A DNA stretch of 42,333 bases from a virus (Duplodnaviria; Caudoviricetes): positions 1-42,333 of IMG/VR virus record IMGVR_UViG_3300009684_000058; one strand, given 5' to 3'. This document shows positions 21,001-28,900 of the stretch, piece after piece (positions within the stretch are counted from its first letter, which is position 1; every line of letters begins with the position of its first letter). The notes under the pieces are model-generated. The model worked only from the letters and a program-made list of their open reading frames with translations. It had not been told where the DNA came from and made no database searches. The translations under genes and the position numbers were made by a program.

Positions 21001-21328
21001 TAATATTAATGTTTATTACAAACTTTTGAATAGAAATGATACGCAGAAATTTGAAGAAGGTCAATGGCAATTAATGACCATCATTAATTCTGGTGATTCA
21101 ACCTATTCACAATTAAGAAGTGATGTATATGAATATGCATTTGCACCAGGTATCAACAATACTGCAAATGGTTATGTTTCTTATACAAGCACATCTGGCC
21201 AAAAGTATACCAATTTTAGTCAGTTTGCAATTAAGATTGTATTGACTACAACTGATAAAACTGCTGTGCCATTCTTAACTGATATGCGTGCTATTGCACT
21301 TCCTTCTAACGTAAATACAACGGTGTAA
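15002..21328 (+). CDS. Large virion structural protein (VrlC/DUF4815-like)
   Basis: NFNVDPYYDDFD..KNYHRILFKPG.AVQARELTQ.QTILQ.Q, APGADRYKI, IDFRP, RYTM.DI..LE.RI.N.EYYTSLSLLE, RFKNG.LVDDF, DPVAQTF, F.QFAIKIVL...P...D.RAIAL. Confidence 0.88.
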   Translation: MPQNFNVDPYYDDFDPSKNYHRILFKPGYAVQARELTQAQTILQDQVTKFADNIFKQNTPVTGGQLTTNLNCSYVKLQSTYNNVPIDITQFNGQTVQNATGTVIAKVLVAIAATGTSATADPATLILSYKTGTQFTDSDVIYVTGSNAIAKAATSASTGLSSVVSIAQGVFYISSNYTRADGIQISNGTFVQVNPQTVVVSKYSNTPSARVGLNITESIVGFTQDATLLDPAVGASNYQAPGADRYKIALTLETRPLSLGNDDTFIELVRIDAGEIIKIVNGTVYNVIDDYFAKRDFETNGDYIVNDFKLTPKANTADAANSTYLMSVGRGIAYVHGYRLENQSPVDITSKRARTTATSNNAPVFIDYGSYFYVDTVKGANASFFDTTTYGQIDLHCVTAANIATANALTYNSTLVATANIRALIYSSSSSDTLSNTYVYKAYVTSVQNQALSNTVVAATASTITLPNTFSSANDAYKNVEITITSGADAGDIRTIASYNGVTKVATLSTNWTVTPSANDAFTLLFNTADIETLVAATKSSYPATITATANINNIGKQGNIIIGDTVLQNPTVPELVFTVGSPYVSSLINTSYTTQQVWRSVAFTSTGSGYAAQLNYQGDYLNVVKHFGSGNSTLSNDVKKQNYTVVVTAVGSGCTLNVGDNVPWTTSGRSIVLNNDSSVATLTATDVGGTFTATIYAKVYVQNGQNTGHILKNKLLIRANTTVLNTSNTAVDSYTSVDDTTTTSTGQIYIKKAGLVAAGQKQSLYLSDVKRVVKIIDTKDANTAPTLAMLSSPSYDITNSYAFNRNQRDDHYGHGFLTLKPGYSQPIGNIMVFVDYYQHSGGDGFFSVNSYTNENYQEIPQYITGSGTVYSLRDCIDFRPARTNATAAWSLRYSNGASNKGVFLPVDLSTFTGDYSYYLGRKDKLILTKDRSFGIIEGTPSLNPIFPSEPDGALVIAKLTHNPYTGYVPTEAPNGFVPNLSIDKVKHKRYTMQDIAGLEDRINNVEYYTSLSLLEQNAQNLQISDAFGLNRFKNGILVDDFSGFATADTNNPDYFATINRREGKMTASQAVQNFQLKSSALVYNLAQPSATTLNNLGFSVKSDGYVNFFTLPYTSANAVVQKIASRAVNLNPFSFVSREGTLKLSPNVDNWVDTNYSPALLIVDPNLQIYRANSQSLNVLSGGDWKTISGTTTTTTSGPVQGHGTNWSPFGDIGYVATTTVTNLQQSRTTTVGAYDKIDNTYAFNNNYITDISVLPFIRAQQVAVRAKQLLFNTPVETLFDNVDVKQYVRKTNVIELSNVTGTFPDDGVIGYTSGGVFTGTARIIGTKVSGSNTRLYVAADPYTTTYTTTGTIELAIELAGGFPAYGYVNPSGTFVSSSHFGGRLVNSYGSGSNKVRLGVLASSTDGYYTGNTIYFNTGTGGSATITNYIGANQTAFLSTSVVTANADIYSIGSFTTDEVGAFYGIFNLPRNVFHTGQRVFRVDNGVNANPSSSTSFAQSTYFAEGLQTTQQSLDFGASPAGARGTFTSTQNRNVTSTVTNYSPYDPVAQTFIISKDNYPNGLFLDSVKVFFRTKATDNTPVTFSIVGTLNGYPNGETLNHSIVTLDPSDIVVSEFPQYLDTTASTKFTFNSPIYIQPGVMYAFMLKTNSNEYTLWSAAGGDTAVASSIKNQPTDATPSTLTKIGSAPYVGSLFLSQNAQTWTTDQNQSLMFTLDRCVFNTNAAPTIAYVVPKKLPQRTLIDQSLQYYLNANNISITADAVSNNDILVDAFNITTTDFVPTTTGISYSYSATLASDSSITPITNVTPGKFGTATSEDVYLNDGKGERILLANTNNSFTLYAQLTSTDDTVSPVISDAGLTTYAVKWNINNCELSNSLITITNAGTNYSNNTTGNTTITISAPTGKNGVQATAAANVANGTIQSIYITNPGSGYITTPTITIADANTTPGTNATAIFTGETSATGGPGIAKYLTKKVVLDAGFDSGDLIVYLSAYRPVNTNINVYYKLLNRNDTQKFEEGQWQLMTIINSGDSTYSQLRSDVYEYAFAPGINNTANGYVSYTSTSGQKYTNFSQFAIKIVLTTTDKTAVPFLTDMRAIALPSNVNTTV

Positions 21329-21329
21329 T

Positions 21330-21557
21330 ATGAGTTTAGTTCAAGTAATAGGTACAACTTTAGTTCGTGATACTAATTCACGAGCTCTTATTAACCGTGA
21401 TGCAAATGGTTTACAAGAATATCAAAACAAACGCAATATTTTGGCTGCTCAAAGGCATGAAATAAATACTATGAAATCTGACATTAATGGTGTCAAAGAA
21501 GATATGCAAGAAATTAAACAACTATTGTTGCAATTATTAGGTAAATCAAATGGCTAA
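21330..21557 (+). CDS. Small conserved hypothetical protein with C-terminal coiled coil
   Basis: V.G..LVRD.NS.ALIN.D, EINTMKSDI...EIKQLL. Translationally coupled to both neighbours. Confidence 0.75.
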   Translation: MSLVQVIGTTLVRDTNSRALINRDANGLQEYQNKRNILAAQRHEINTMKSDINGVKEDMQEIKQLLLQLLGKSNG

Positions 21558-22659
21558 TACGGTATCACTTTTAAGTTATGCTAATACCTTTGGTGATTGG
21601 GTTGTAACTACCAATAATCTCCTTAGAGAAAATAACGATTTAGCATCAAATAACTATATTAAACCAACAGGTACATTGTATCTGAATTCTCCTACGCTTG
21701 GTTTACAAGTTGCAAATAATGCCACTATTGCTGGTCAGTTAAGTGTTCAAGGTGTTGGTTCTTCTGCATATGTTCAAAATACACTTCGTGTTGATAGTTT
21801 AACAACTTTAGCGAGTGCAAATATTGCTAGTGCAAACATAACAGGCACAGGTACCGCATTAAGTGTTTCGAATAATGCAACGATTACTGGTTCATTAACT
21901 GTTGGTAGCACAATCACATTAAGTGGTTTATCTGTTTCCGTTACTTCAGGTCAATTAAATGCAAGCATTACAGGAAATGCACTTACTGCTAATAACGCTG
22001 TAAACGCAACAACCGTAACTAATGGTGTATACACATCAGGTTCATATGCAAATCCAAGTTGGATTACTTCTCTTGCAAATACCAAAATATCCGGTTTAAT
22101 TACTTCTAATCAAATTGCAACGATTGCTAACACACAGATTACTGGTGTTTTAACTGCAAACCAAATTGCTGGTGGTGCTGTTGTTAATACACTTACCGGT
22201 ACAACAAACCAAGTTACCGCAAACGTATCAACTGGTAATGTATTATTGACATTACCACAAAATATTCATACTACTGCAAATGTCAGATTCAACTCTTTAG
22301 GTGTTGGTGTTGCTGCAAATAACAATACCGGTGAAATTTTAGCTGCAAATAACATTACTTCATATTATTCTGATGACCGACTAAAAAATCGCATGGATAA
22401 TATTCCAAGTGCTTTAGAAAAAGTATTATCACTTAATGGATTCTACTATAAAGCCAATGATATTGCACAATCGCTTGGTTATTCAGATAAACTTGAAGTT
22501 GGTCTTTCCGCTCAAGAAGTGCAAAAAGTGTTGCCTGAGATTATTGCAGCTGCACCTGTTGACAGTCAGTATATGACAATTCACTATGAAAGAGTAATTC
22601 CGTTGCTAGTTGAAGCAATTAAAGAATTGAGTGCGGAAGTAGAAAAACTCAAAAAGTAA
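21550..22659 (+). CDS. Tail fibre with C-terminal intramolecular chaperone (peptidase S74-like)
   Basis: N-terminal NTFGDWVVTTN attachment-like motif. C-terminal YSDDRLK..I.SALEKV.SLNG.YY...VGLSAQEVQ.VLPE...Y....PLLVEAIKEL..EVE.LK. Confidence 0.85.
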   Translation: MANTVSLLSYANTFGDWVVTTNNLLRENNDLASNNYIKPTGTLYLNSPTLGLQVANNATIAGQLSVQGVGSSAYVQNTLRVDSLTTLASANIASANITGTGTALSVSNNATITGSLTVGSTITLSGLSVSVTSGQLNASITGNALTANNAVNATTVTNGVYTSGSYANPSWITSLANTKISGLITSNQIATIANTQITGVLTANQIAGGAVVNTLTGTTNQVTANVSTGNVLLTLPQNIHTTANVRFNSLGVGVAANNNTGEILAANNITSYYSDDRLKNRMDNIPSALEKVLSLNGFYYKANDIAQSLGYSDKLEVGLSAQEVQKVLPEIIAAAPVDSQYMTIHYERVIPLLVEAIKELSAEVEKLKK

Positions 22660-22748
22660 AAATTCGAAATTTTGCGTTCCGGCCTCAAAATTCCGGAGGC
22701 AAAATCCAAAAGTCCAAAAAGCGAATTTACTCCTGAGCTCAATTAGGA
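22655..22748 (+). other. Structured intergenic element (nested inverted repeats plus A-tracts), possible ncRNA or regulatory site
   Basis: AAATTCG/CGAATTT, ATTTTGC/GCAAAAT and TTCCGG/CCGGAG nested stems, a TCCAAAA direct repeat, and a TCCTGA/TTAGGA hairpin. Confidence 0.5.
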
Positions 22749-22751
22749 ATT

Positions 22752-22759
22752 AATAAATA
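22752..22759 (+). promoter_or_regulatory. Late promoter AATAAATA
   Basis: Intergenic, upstream of the AGGA SD and ATG 22787. Confidence 0.7.
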
Positions 22760-22786
22760 TACCATAGGAATATAATAGGAACATAA

Positions 22787-23125
22787 ATGCCGGCCGCATA
22801 CAGTAATCTATACTTAGAACAAGGTACAACATTTACCACTACCATCACACTCGATGATGTGTATGGTGAGACCTACAATCTGGCCGGTTACACCGCATCC
22901 AGTCAAATGCGTAAATCCTATTATTCCGCAAATGCTACCGCAACGTTCTCTAGTTCAATTAATGTAGGATTAGGCACAGTTACGTTGGAATTAACTTCTA
23001 ATACCACAGCCAATATAGCTCCTGGTCGTTATGTATACGATGCCGTCATTTCTGATGCCAGCACCAATGTGAAAACAAGAATTTTAGAAGGAATTATAGA
23101 AGTTTCACCCCGTGTAACGAGGTAA
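22787..23125 (+). CDS. Conserved small virion protein (BppU-N/Ig-like adaptor)
   Basis: NLYLEQGTTF...NL.GYT..SQMRKSY.S, G.VTLELT...T..I.PGRYVYD...RILEG.I.VSP.VTR. Confidence 0.75.
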   Translation: MPAAYSNLYLEQGTTFTTTITLDDVYGETYNLAGYTASSQMRKSYYSANATATFSSSINVGLGTVTLELTSNTTANIAPGRYVYDAVISDASTNVKTRILEGIIEVSPRVTR

Positions 23126-23128
23126 TTA

Positions 23129-23374
23129 ATGCCAAATGTTACAGTCACACAGCCATCAGTAATTCAAGTTAGAGTTGGTACAGGAACCGTACCTACAGCT
23201 ACAGGAATTAATTACGGTGGTACAAGAACACTCAAAAGTGCAACTGATTTAGAATTATTAGGCGCTCAAACTGGTGATGTTATTACCTATCAAGCAAACA
23301 CCAATAGTTTTTCAGTAGTAAATGCAGGTACTTTACCATTGGATTTAAGAAATGTTGACGCTGGTACATTCTAA
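23129..23374 (+). CDS. Small fibre-associated protein ending in DAGTF
   Basis: GAGG SD. L...TDL....AQTGDVITY..NTNSF motif and C-terminal VDAGTF. Confidence 0.7.
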   Translation: MPNVTVTQPSVIQVRVGTGTVPTATGINYGGTRTLKSATDLELLGAQTGDVITYQANTNSFSVVNAGTLPLDLRNVDAGTF

Positions 23375-23571
23375 TGGTAAATACCACAATACAAATACTC
23401 CGTTCTTATGCAAATACCAGACCAAGTGATTTGGCCGATGGTGAATTGGCGTATTCTTTTGCATCCAATACGATGTTTATTGGAAATAGTACCGGAAAGA
23501 TTATTGAAATCGGTGGTCCAAATTACATTTCCAACGCTGTCATTAATCTGGTAGATGGTGGAACATTTTAA
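23374..23571 (+). CDS. Minimal protein: Mtd_N-like head plus DGGTF tail
   Basis: TAATG-coupled start. IQILRS...P..L.DGELAYS....FIG......IGG, then LVDGGTF. Confidence 0.75.
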   Translation: MVNTTIQILRSYANTRPSDLADGELAYSFASNTMFIGNSTGKIIEIGGPNYISNAVINLVDGGTF

Positions 23572-23577
23572 TAAATA
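23570..23577 (+). promoter_or_regulatory. Late promoter AATAAATA
   Basis: Overlaps the stop of the previous gene and precedes AAGGA and ATG 23616. Confidence 0.65.
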
Positions 23578-23615
23578 GCACATGGCAGATAAAAATAAAA
23601 AAAGGAACATGAGAG

Positions 23616-25412
23616 ATGGCCAATACTAATATTTTAATTAAACGCTCGCTAACGACAGGTAAACCTGCCTCGTTGCAAGCTGGTGAATTTGCGTATTCAT
23701 ATTCATCAAATACGCTTTTCTTTGGTTCTCCAACAGGAAACGGTACGGTTAACGTAGGTGGTCAATATTATACCGCCACATTAGATGCTGCCACGACTTC
23801 TAATACTGCAAGCACACTAGTAAAACGTGACCTGAATGGTGCTTTTGCTGGTCGATTAACTGGTATTGCCGATAAAGCGGATCAATTAACTAACTCCAGA
23901 AACTTCTCAATTTCTGGTACCGATATTACTGCAACTGCACAATCATTTAATGGCACAGGTGATGTAACATTAAATGCTGCTCTCAATGCTGTTCCTGGTC
24001 TTTCTGCTGGTTCATACGGTTCTACTACTGCGATTCCTGTTTTAACCATTGGTGCTAATGGTCGTGTTCTTGCTGTTTCTACCGCAGGTATTACAACATC
24101 ATTTACTGTTGCTGCTGATGGGGGTTCAAATCAAACTGTTTCTGGTGGTGATACATTAACACTCGTTGGTGGTGCAGGTATTACTTCAACAGCAAGTGCA
24201 ACTGACATAGTAACTTTTGACGTTGACAACACAGTTGTTCGTTCCAATACTGCAATTAACAATCAAACTATTAATAGTTCATTGTCCATTAATGGTAACT
24301 TAAACGTTCTTGGTACACAAACATATGTTAATACCAATACATTAAACGTAGCTGATCCATTAATCTATCTTGCTGCAAATAATTCTACATCTGACATTGT
24401 TGACATTGGTTTTGCTGGACGTTATTTTGATGGTGCTGCTGTAAAGCAAACCGGTTTATTCCGTGACGCTGGTAATAAACAATACTATGTATTTGATAAC
24501 TACACTCCAGCATTAGATGCTAACAATGATATTAATGCTGCTGATTCAAGTTTCCGTGTTGCAACATTAAATGCCAATTTAACTTCACAACAAGCAACAA
24601 TTACAACTGCTAATATTACTGCAACAACGATTGCTACTGCAAACGTATCAGGTAACTTAAGCATTGTTGGTGACACATACCACACAGGTAAAATTGTTGT
24701 CACAGGTACTACAACATTAACTGGTCAAGCAAATACAACCAATGACTTAGGTGTTGGTGGTAATTCTTATGTAACAGGTAATCAAAGAGTTGGTGGTACA
24801 TTAAACGTAACTGGCGCAACAACATTAGTTGCTTCTTCCAATACTACAAACGACTTAGGTATTGGCGGCAATTTATATGCAGCTAACAAATTAGTTGTTA
24901 CTGGTACCACAACATTAACCGGCCAAGCAAATACGACCAATGATTTGGGAGTTGGTGGTAATGCTTACATTACTGGTACATTAAGAGCGGCTTCATTATC
25001 ATTAACTGGCGCACTTACTGTGCCAAATGGTGGTACAGGTGTTACATCATTCTCTAGTGGCGGTTTGTTAATTGGTAATGGCACAGGCGCAATTAATCAG
25101 TTAGCAAATACAACATACACAGTAACAGGAACTCCTGCTGCAAATAATACAGTTACTTCGATGACTGTTGATGCTTATGGTAGAACAACTGCAAAAACAT
25201 ATGCTGCGATTGCTGGATTAACAGTAGGTCAAGGCGGTACTGGCGTATCATCATTTACTACAAACGGTATTACATATGGTAATGGAACAGATGCAGTTCA
25301 AGTTACTGCTGCGGCAGGTACTTCTGACCAAACTTTCAGTAACCAAATTCTTACTGTTACTAATGCTGGTGTGCCAGTATGGTCAACGGCTCTTGATGGA
25401 GGCCAGTTCTAA
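23616..25412 (+). CDS. Tail fibre protein with Mtd_N-like head and DGGQF tail
   Basis: ILIKRS...P.SL.AGEFAYS, TLVKRD, AGSYGSTT.IPV.T..A.GR, three NTTNDLG(V/I)GGN repeats, V..GGTG.(T/S)SF repeats, and terminal LDGGQF. Confidence 0.8.
   Translation: MANTNILIKRSLTTGKPASLQAGEFAYSYSSNTLFFGSPTGNGTVNVGGQYYTATLDAATTSNTASTLVKRDLNGAFAGRLTGIADKADQLTNSRNFSISGTDITATAQSFNGTGDVTLNAALNAVPGLSAGSYGSTTAIPVLTIGANGRVLAVSTAGITTSFTVAADGGSNQTVSGGDTLTLVGGAGITSTASATDIVTFDVDNTVVRSNTAINNQTINSSLSINGNLNVLGTQTYVNTNTLNVADPLIYLAANNSTSDIVDIGFAGRYFDGAAVKQTGLFRDAGNKQYYVFDNYTPALDANNDINAADSSFRVATLNANLTSQQATITTANITATTIATANVSGNLSIVGDTYHTGKIVVTGTTTLTGQANTTNDLGVGGNSYVTGNQRVGGTLNVTGATTLVASSNTTNDLGIGGNLYAANKLVVTGTTTLTGQANTTNDLGVGGNAYITGTLRAASLSLTGALTVPNGGTGVTSFSSGGLLIGNGTGAINQLANTTYTVTGTPAANNTVTSMTVDAYGRTTAKTYAAIAGLTVGQGGTGVSSFTTNGITYGNGTDAVQVTAAAGTSDQTFSNQILTVTNAGVPVWSTALDGGQF
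24690..24980 (+). repeat. Three tandem 30-36-aa beta-repeats in the fibre
   Basis: KIVVTGTTTLTGQANTTNDLGVGGN / TLNVTGATTLVASSNTTNDLGIGGN / KLVVTGTTTLTGQANTTNDLGVGGN. Confidence 0.8.
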
Positions 25413-25447
25413 ATACTTTGTAATTAATTTATAATAAGGAGTTTGAA

Positions 25448-25957
25448 ATGAGTGGTGAAAATTATTCGAATTACTATGTTGAAATATTAACTTCTACAAT
25501 GACTGATGTTATTGTTAGAAACATTTCAATGCAGGCAAATGCAAGAGTTAGTGAAGAAATAATTAATGAACAGGCAAAAAGAATTAAGGAATTATCAGAA
25601 AGTGTGTCGAATAATAACACACAAAATGCTTCTGAGGTTACTAAATTAAATGATACCATTAAGCAATTAAATGCTGAATTGGATGAATTGAGAAGGCAAC
25701 GTGGTGAATTTGAAAGTGTAAAAAGCCAAGCGCAACACGTTGATACTTTTAGAAATGAGTTGTTAAAAGAACGGGATAGTCATCAAAATACCCGTAATGA
25801 TTATGAACAAAAGATTAAAAATTTAAATGATACAATTGAGTATTTGCAATTAACTCCTGCCAAGCGTAAAAAACTTGATGATGCGAAACAAACTAAAACA
25901 GTAGATGTTTTTTCAGCCGAATCAACAGATACAATAAAGGATGGCGGAAGTTTTTAA
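25448..25957 (+). CDS. Coiled-coil protein ending in DGGSF (possible fibre assembly factor)
   Basis: TAAGGAG SD. Charged and helical, unlike the flanking fibres. Terminal IKDGGSF. Confidence 0.75.
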   Translation: MSGENYSNYYVEILTSTMTDVIVRNISMQANARVSEEIINEQAKRIKELSESVSNNNTQNASEVTKLNDTIKQLNAELDELRRQRGEFESVKSQAQHVDTFRNELLKERDSHQNTRNDYEQKIKNLNDTIEYLQLTPAKRKKLDDAKQTKTVDVFSAESTDTIKDGGSF

Positions 25958-25961
25958 GTAG

Positions 25962-28900
25962 ATGGCAAATACAACAATACGTTTAAGAAAATCAGGTGTA
26001 ACAAGTAACGTACCGGTTTCCCTAGAATTAGGTGAATTGGCGTTAAACTATGCCGATGGTAAGCTGTATTATAAAAATGCTTCAGGTGTAATTACCTATA
26101 TCTCTAGTGGCGCAACAACAAATTCTTTTGCCACAATCAATTCAAACTCCAGTTTAATACTTGCAACCAGCAATACAGATATTTTAACTCTGGTTGGTTC
26201 CAATAATATTACAATTAATAGCAATACTGGTACTAAAACAATTACTATTGGTGCAAGTTTAACGAGTTCATTATTTGCTAACAGTCCAAACATTGGAGCT
26301 TCGGCAAATGCAACGGCTCAATTATATGATTTAGTTACTACTGCTCAAGGTGTTGCCACATACGCTGCAAATCAAGTAAGTTATCTTAATGCATATTCAA
26401 ATGCGGCATATGCACAAGCCAATACGGCAACTAATTTAGCACAGTTAGCATTTAATAAAGCGAATACTGGTAGTTCAAATAATATCTTTGCCAATACAAT
26501 TACAGCAAACTCTGTAGGATTAATTCCGTTAACAATAAATCTTATTGGTGCGGGTGGTAATCAAAATACTGCAATATTAGCAACCGGTTCAAACACTAAA
26601 GGTGGTATTGGTTACTTTGATTTTTTACTAGCAAATAATCAAAGTGGTTCTGCCAATAATTCAAACAAATATTTTCGATTAGATTCTACTGGACAATTTC
26701 AAATTATTAACTCTGCATACACGCAGAACCTTTTTAATTTAGATGATATTGGTAATTTAACCATACCAGGAAACTTTATTGCTGGTGTATCTAGTGCTAA
26801 CTATATTCAATTTGGTGATGGCACAAAACAATATACAGCCAACGCTGGTAGTTCGGGTGCAACTGATGCTACTGCAAGAGCAGCAGCTCAAGCAGCTTTT
26901 AATACTGCCAATTTAGCCAGTTCAAATACTGTTTATACGCAAGGTGTTGATGTTACACAAAACACTAGAATCAATTCTATTGAAACAATCAATACAAATC
27001 AAAACACAACGATTGCAATTATTCAAAGTGTTGACTTAACACAAAATACTAGATTAGATGGTATTGAAGGTACTAACCTTACACAGAATACTAACATTAC
27101 TACTGCCAATAATGCAGCTTGGGCTGCTTATGCTGCTGGCAATACAAATGCAACCAACATTACTTTAGTTAATCAATATGCTGCAAGTGCTTACAATCAA
27201 GCCAATGTAACAATTGGTGTAGATACTACTCAAAATACTGCAATTAGTATTATTCAAGGTGTTGACCTTACGCAGAATACTAGATTAGATGTTATCGAAG
27301 GTGTTAATCTTACACAAAATACTAACATCACCGCAGTAAATCAGTTTGCACAATCAGCATATAATACAGCTAACACCAAATTTAATTCTTCTGGCGGTAA
27401 TATTACTGGTGCAGTTACCATCTCAGGTAACAATAACCTTACTGTAACGGGTAACTTGTATGTTACCGGTACACAATTTGTTTCAAACACACAAGCATTT
27501 AACATACAAGATCCTTTATTGGTTTTAGGTGTAGGTAATTATACATCAGATGTTCTTGATATTGGTTTTGCTGGACACTATAATGATGGAACAAATGCTC
27601 ATAGCGGTCTTATTCGAGATTATGGAACTAAAGAATATTATTTCTTTAAAGGTTACACACCAGAACTTGATACAAATAACAACGTAGATATTAATCATGC
27701 ATCATTTTTAACTGCAAACGTAAACGCTTCTTTCTTCAAAGGCAATCTTGTTGCAAATTCTGTTATAGTTAATGGAGCAGTATCAACCAGCAATACAACT
27801 GGTGCTCTTGTAGTTTCTGGTGGTGTTGGTGTCAAAGGTAACGTAGCAACTGATGGAATTATCTTTGCTGACGGTACAAGGCAAACAACTGCTGCAACCG
27901 GTACTGGTGGTTCTGATAGTTCTTCATTAACATCTTGGACAGTTATTAATTCCAACTATACTGTTGGTAATAACATTCAATTATTGGCCAATTCTACTGG
28001 CGGCACATTCACTATTACTTTACCTGCATCGCCTGTAACTAGTAACGTTATTGTAATTGCTGACGGTTGTGCTCCAAATACTGGTTGGTCTAACAACAAC
28101 GTATTAGTTAATCCAAACGGTAGAACAATTGAAGGTATCGCAGATACATTAGCACTTAATATTTCACAATCAAGTGTATCTTTAATCTATGATGGTGCAA
28201 CATGGCAAGTAGTATCTTCTACTGGTCCTAAAGGTGATACTGGTACTGCCGGTCCTGCTGGTGCAACTGGTAACACAGGTCCTGCTGGCGTTGGTTCAAA
28301 TGCAACACAAAGAATTTATCGTTTTAATGCAACCAATAATCAAACTATATTTGTTGGTTCTGATGCATACAGTCAAACATTAAGTTATAACGTCAATGCA
28401 CTTTCTGTATATTTGAATGGTGTATTTTTAAGACCAACAGAAGATTACTTCGCCAACAACGGCACAACAATTACATTAACTTCTGGTTCTTTTGCTAACG
28501 ATGCATTGGATGTTATTACATTCCAAAGTATGTCATTGACTGCTGCACAGAATACAATTACCACATACACCTATACTGCAAGTAATAATCAAACTTCTTT
28601 TGGTGGTACAGATATTAATGGTCTGTCATTAAATTACAATCCAAATAATTTGTTTGTAACACTCAATGGTCTTACACTTAGAAATGGTACAGATTACTTA
28701 CAAACAAATACTTCATTCATTCAATTAACTTCTGGTGCTTTGGCCAACGATGAATTAAGTATCGTTGCGTTCGGTTCATTTAATGTTCAAGGACAAAATA
28801 CACAGAATACTATTTCAACATATTATTACACCAGTACCGCAGGTCAAACCAACTTTACCGGCTCAGATATATATGGTAACAGTTTATCGTATATGCAAGA

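Noticed and set aside
24690-27360. CRISPR-like or non-coding repeat arrays
   Set aside because: The repeats are in-frame, degenerate at third codon positions and encode protein repeats. There is no constant repeat with unique spacers.
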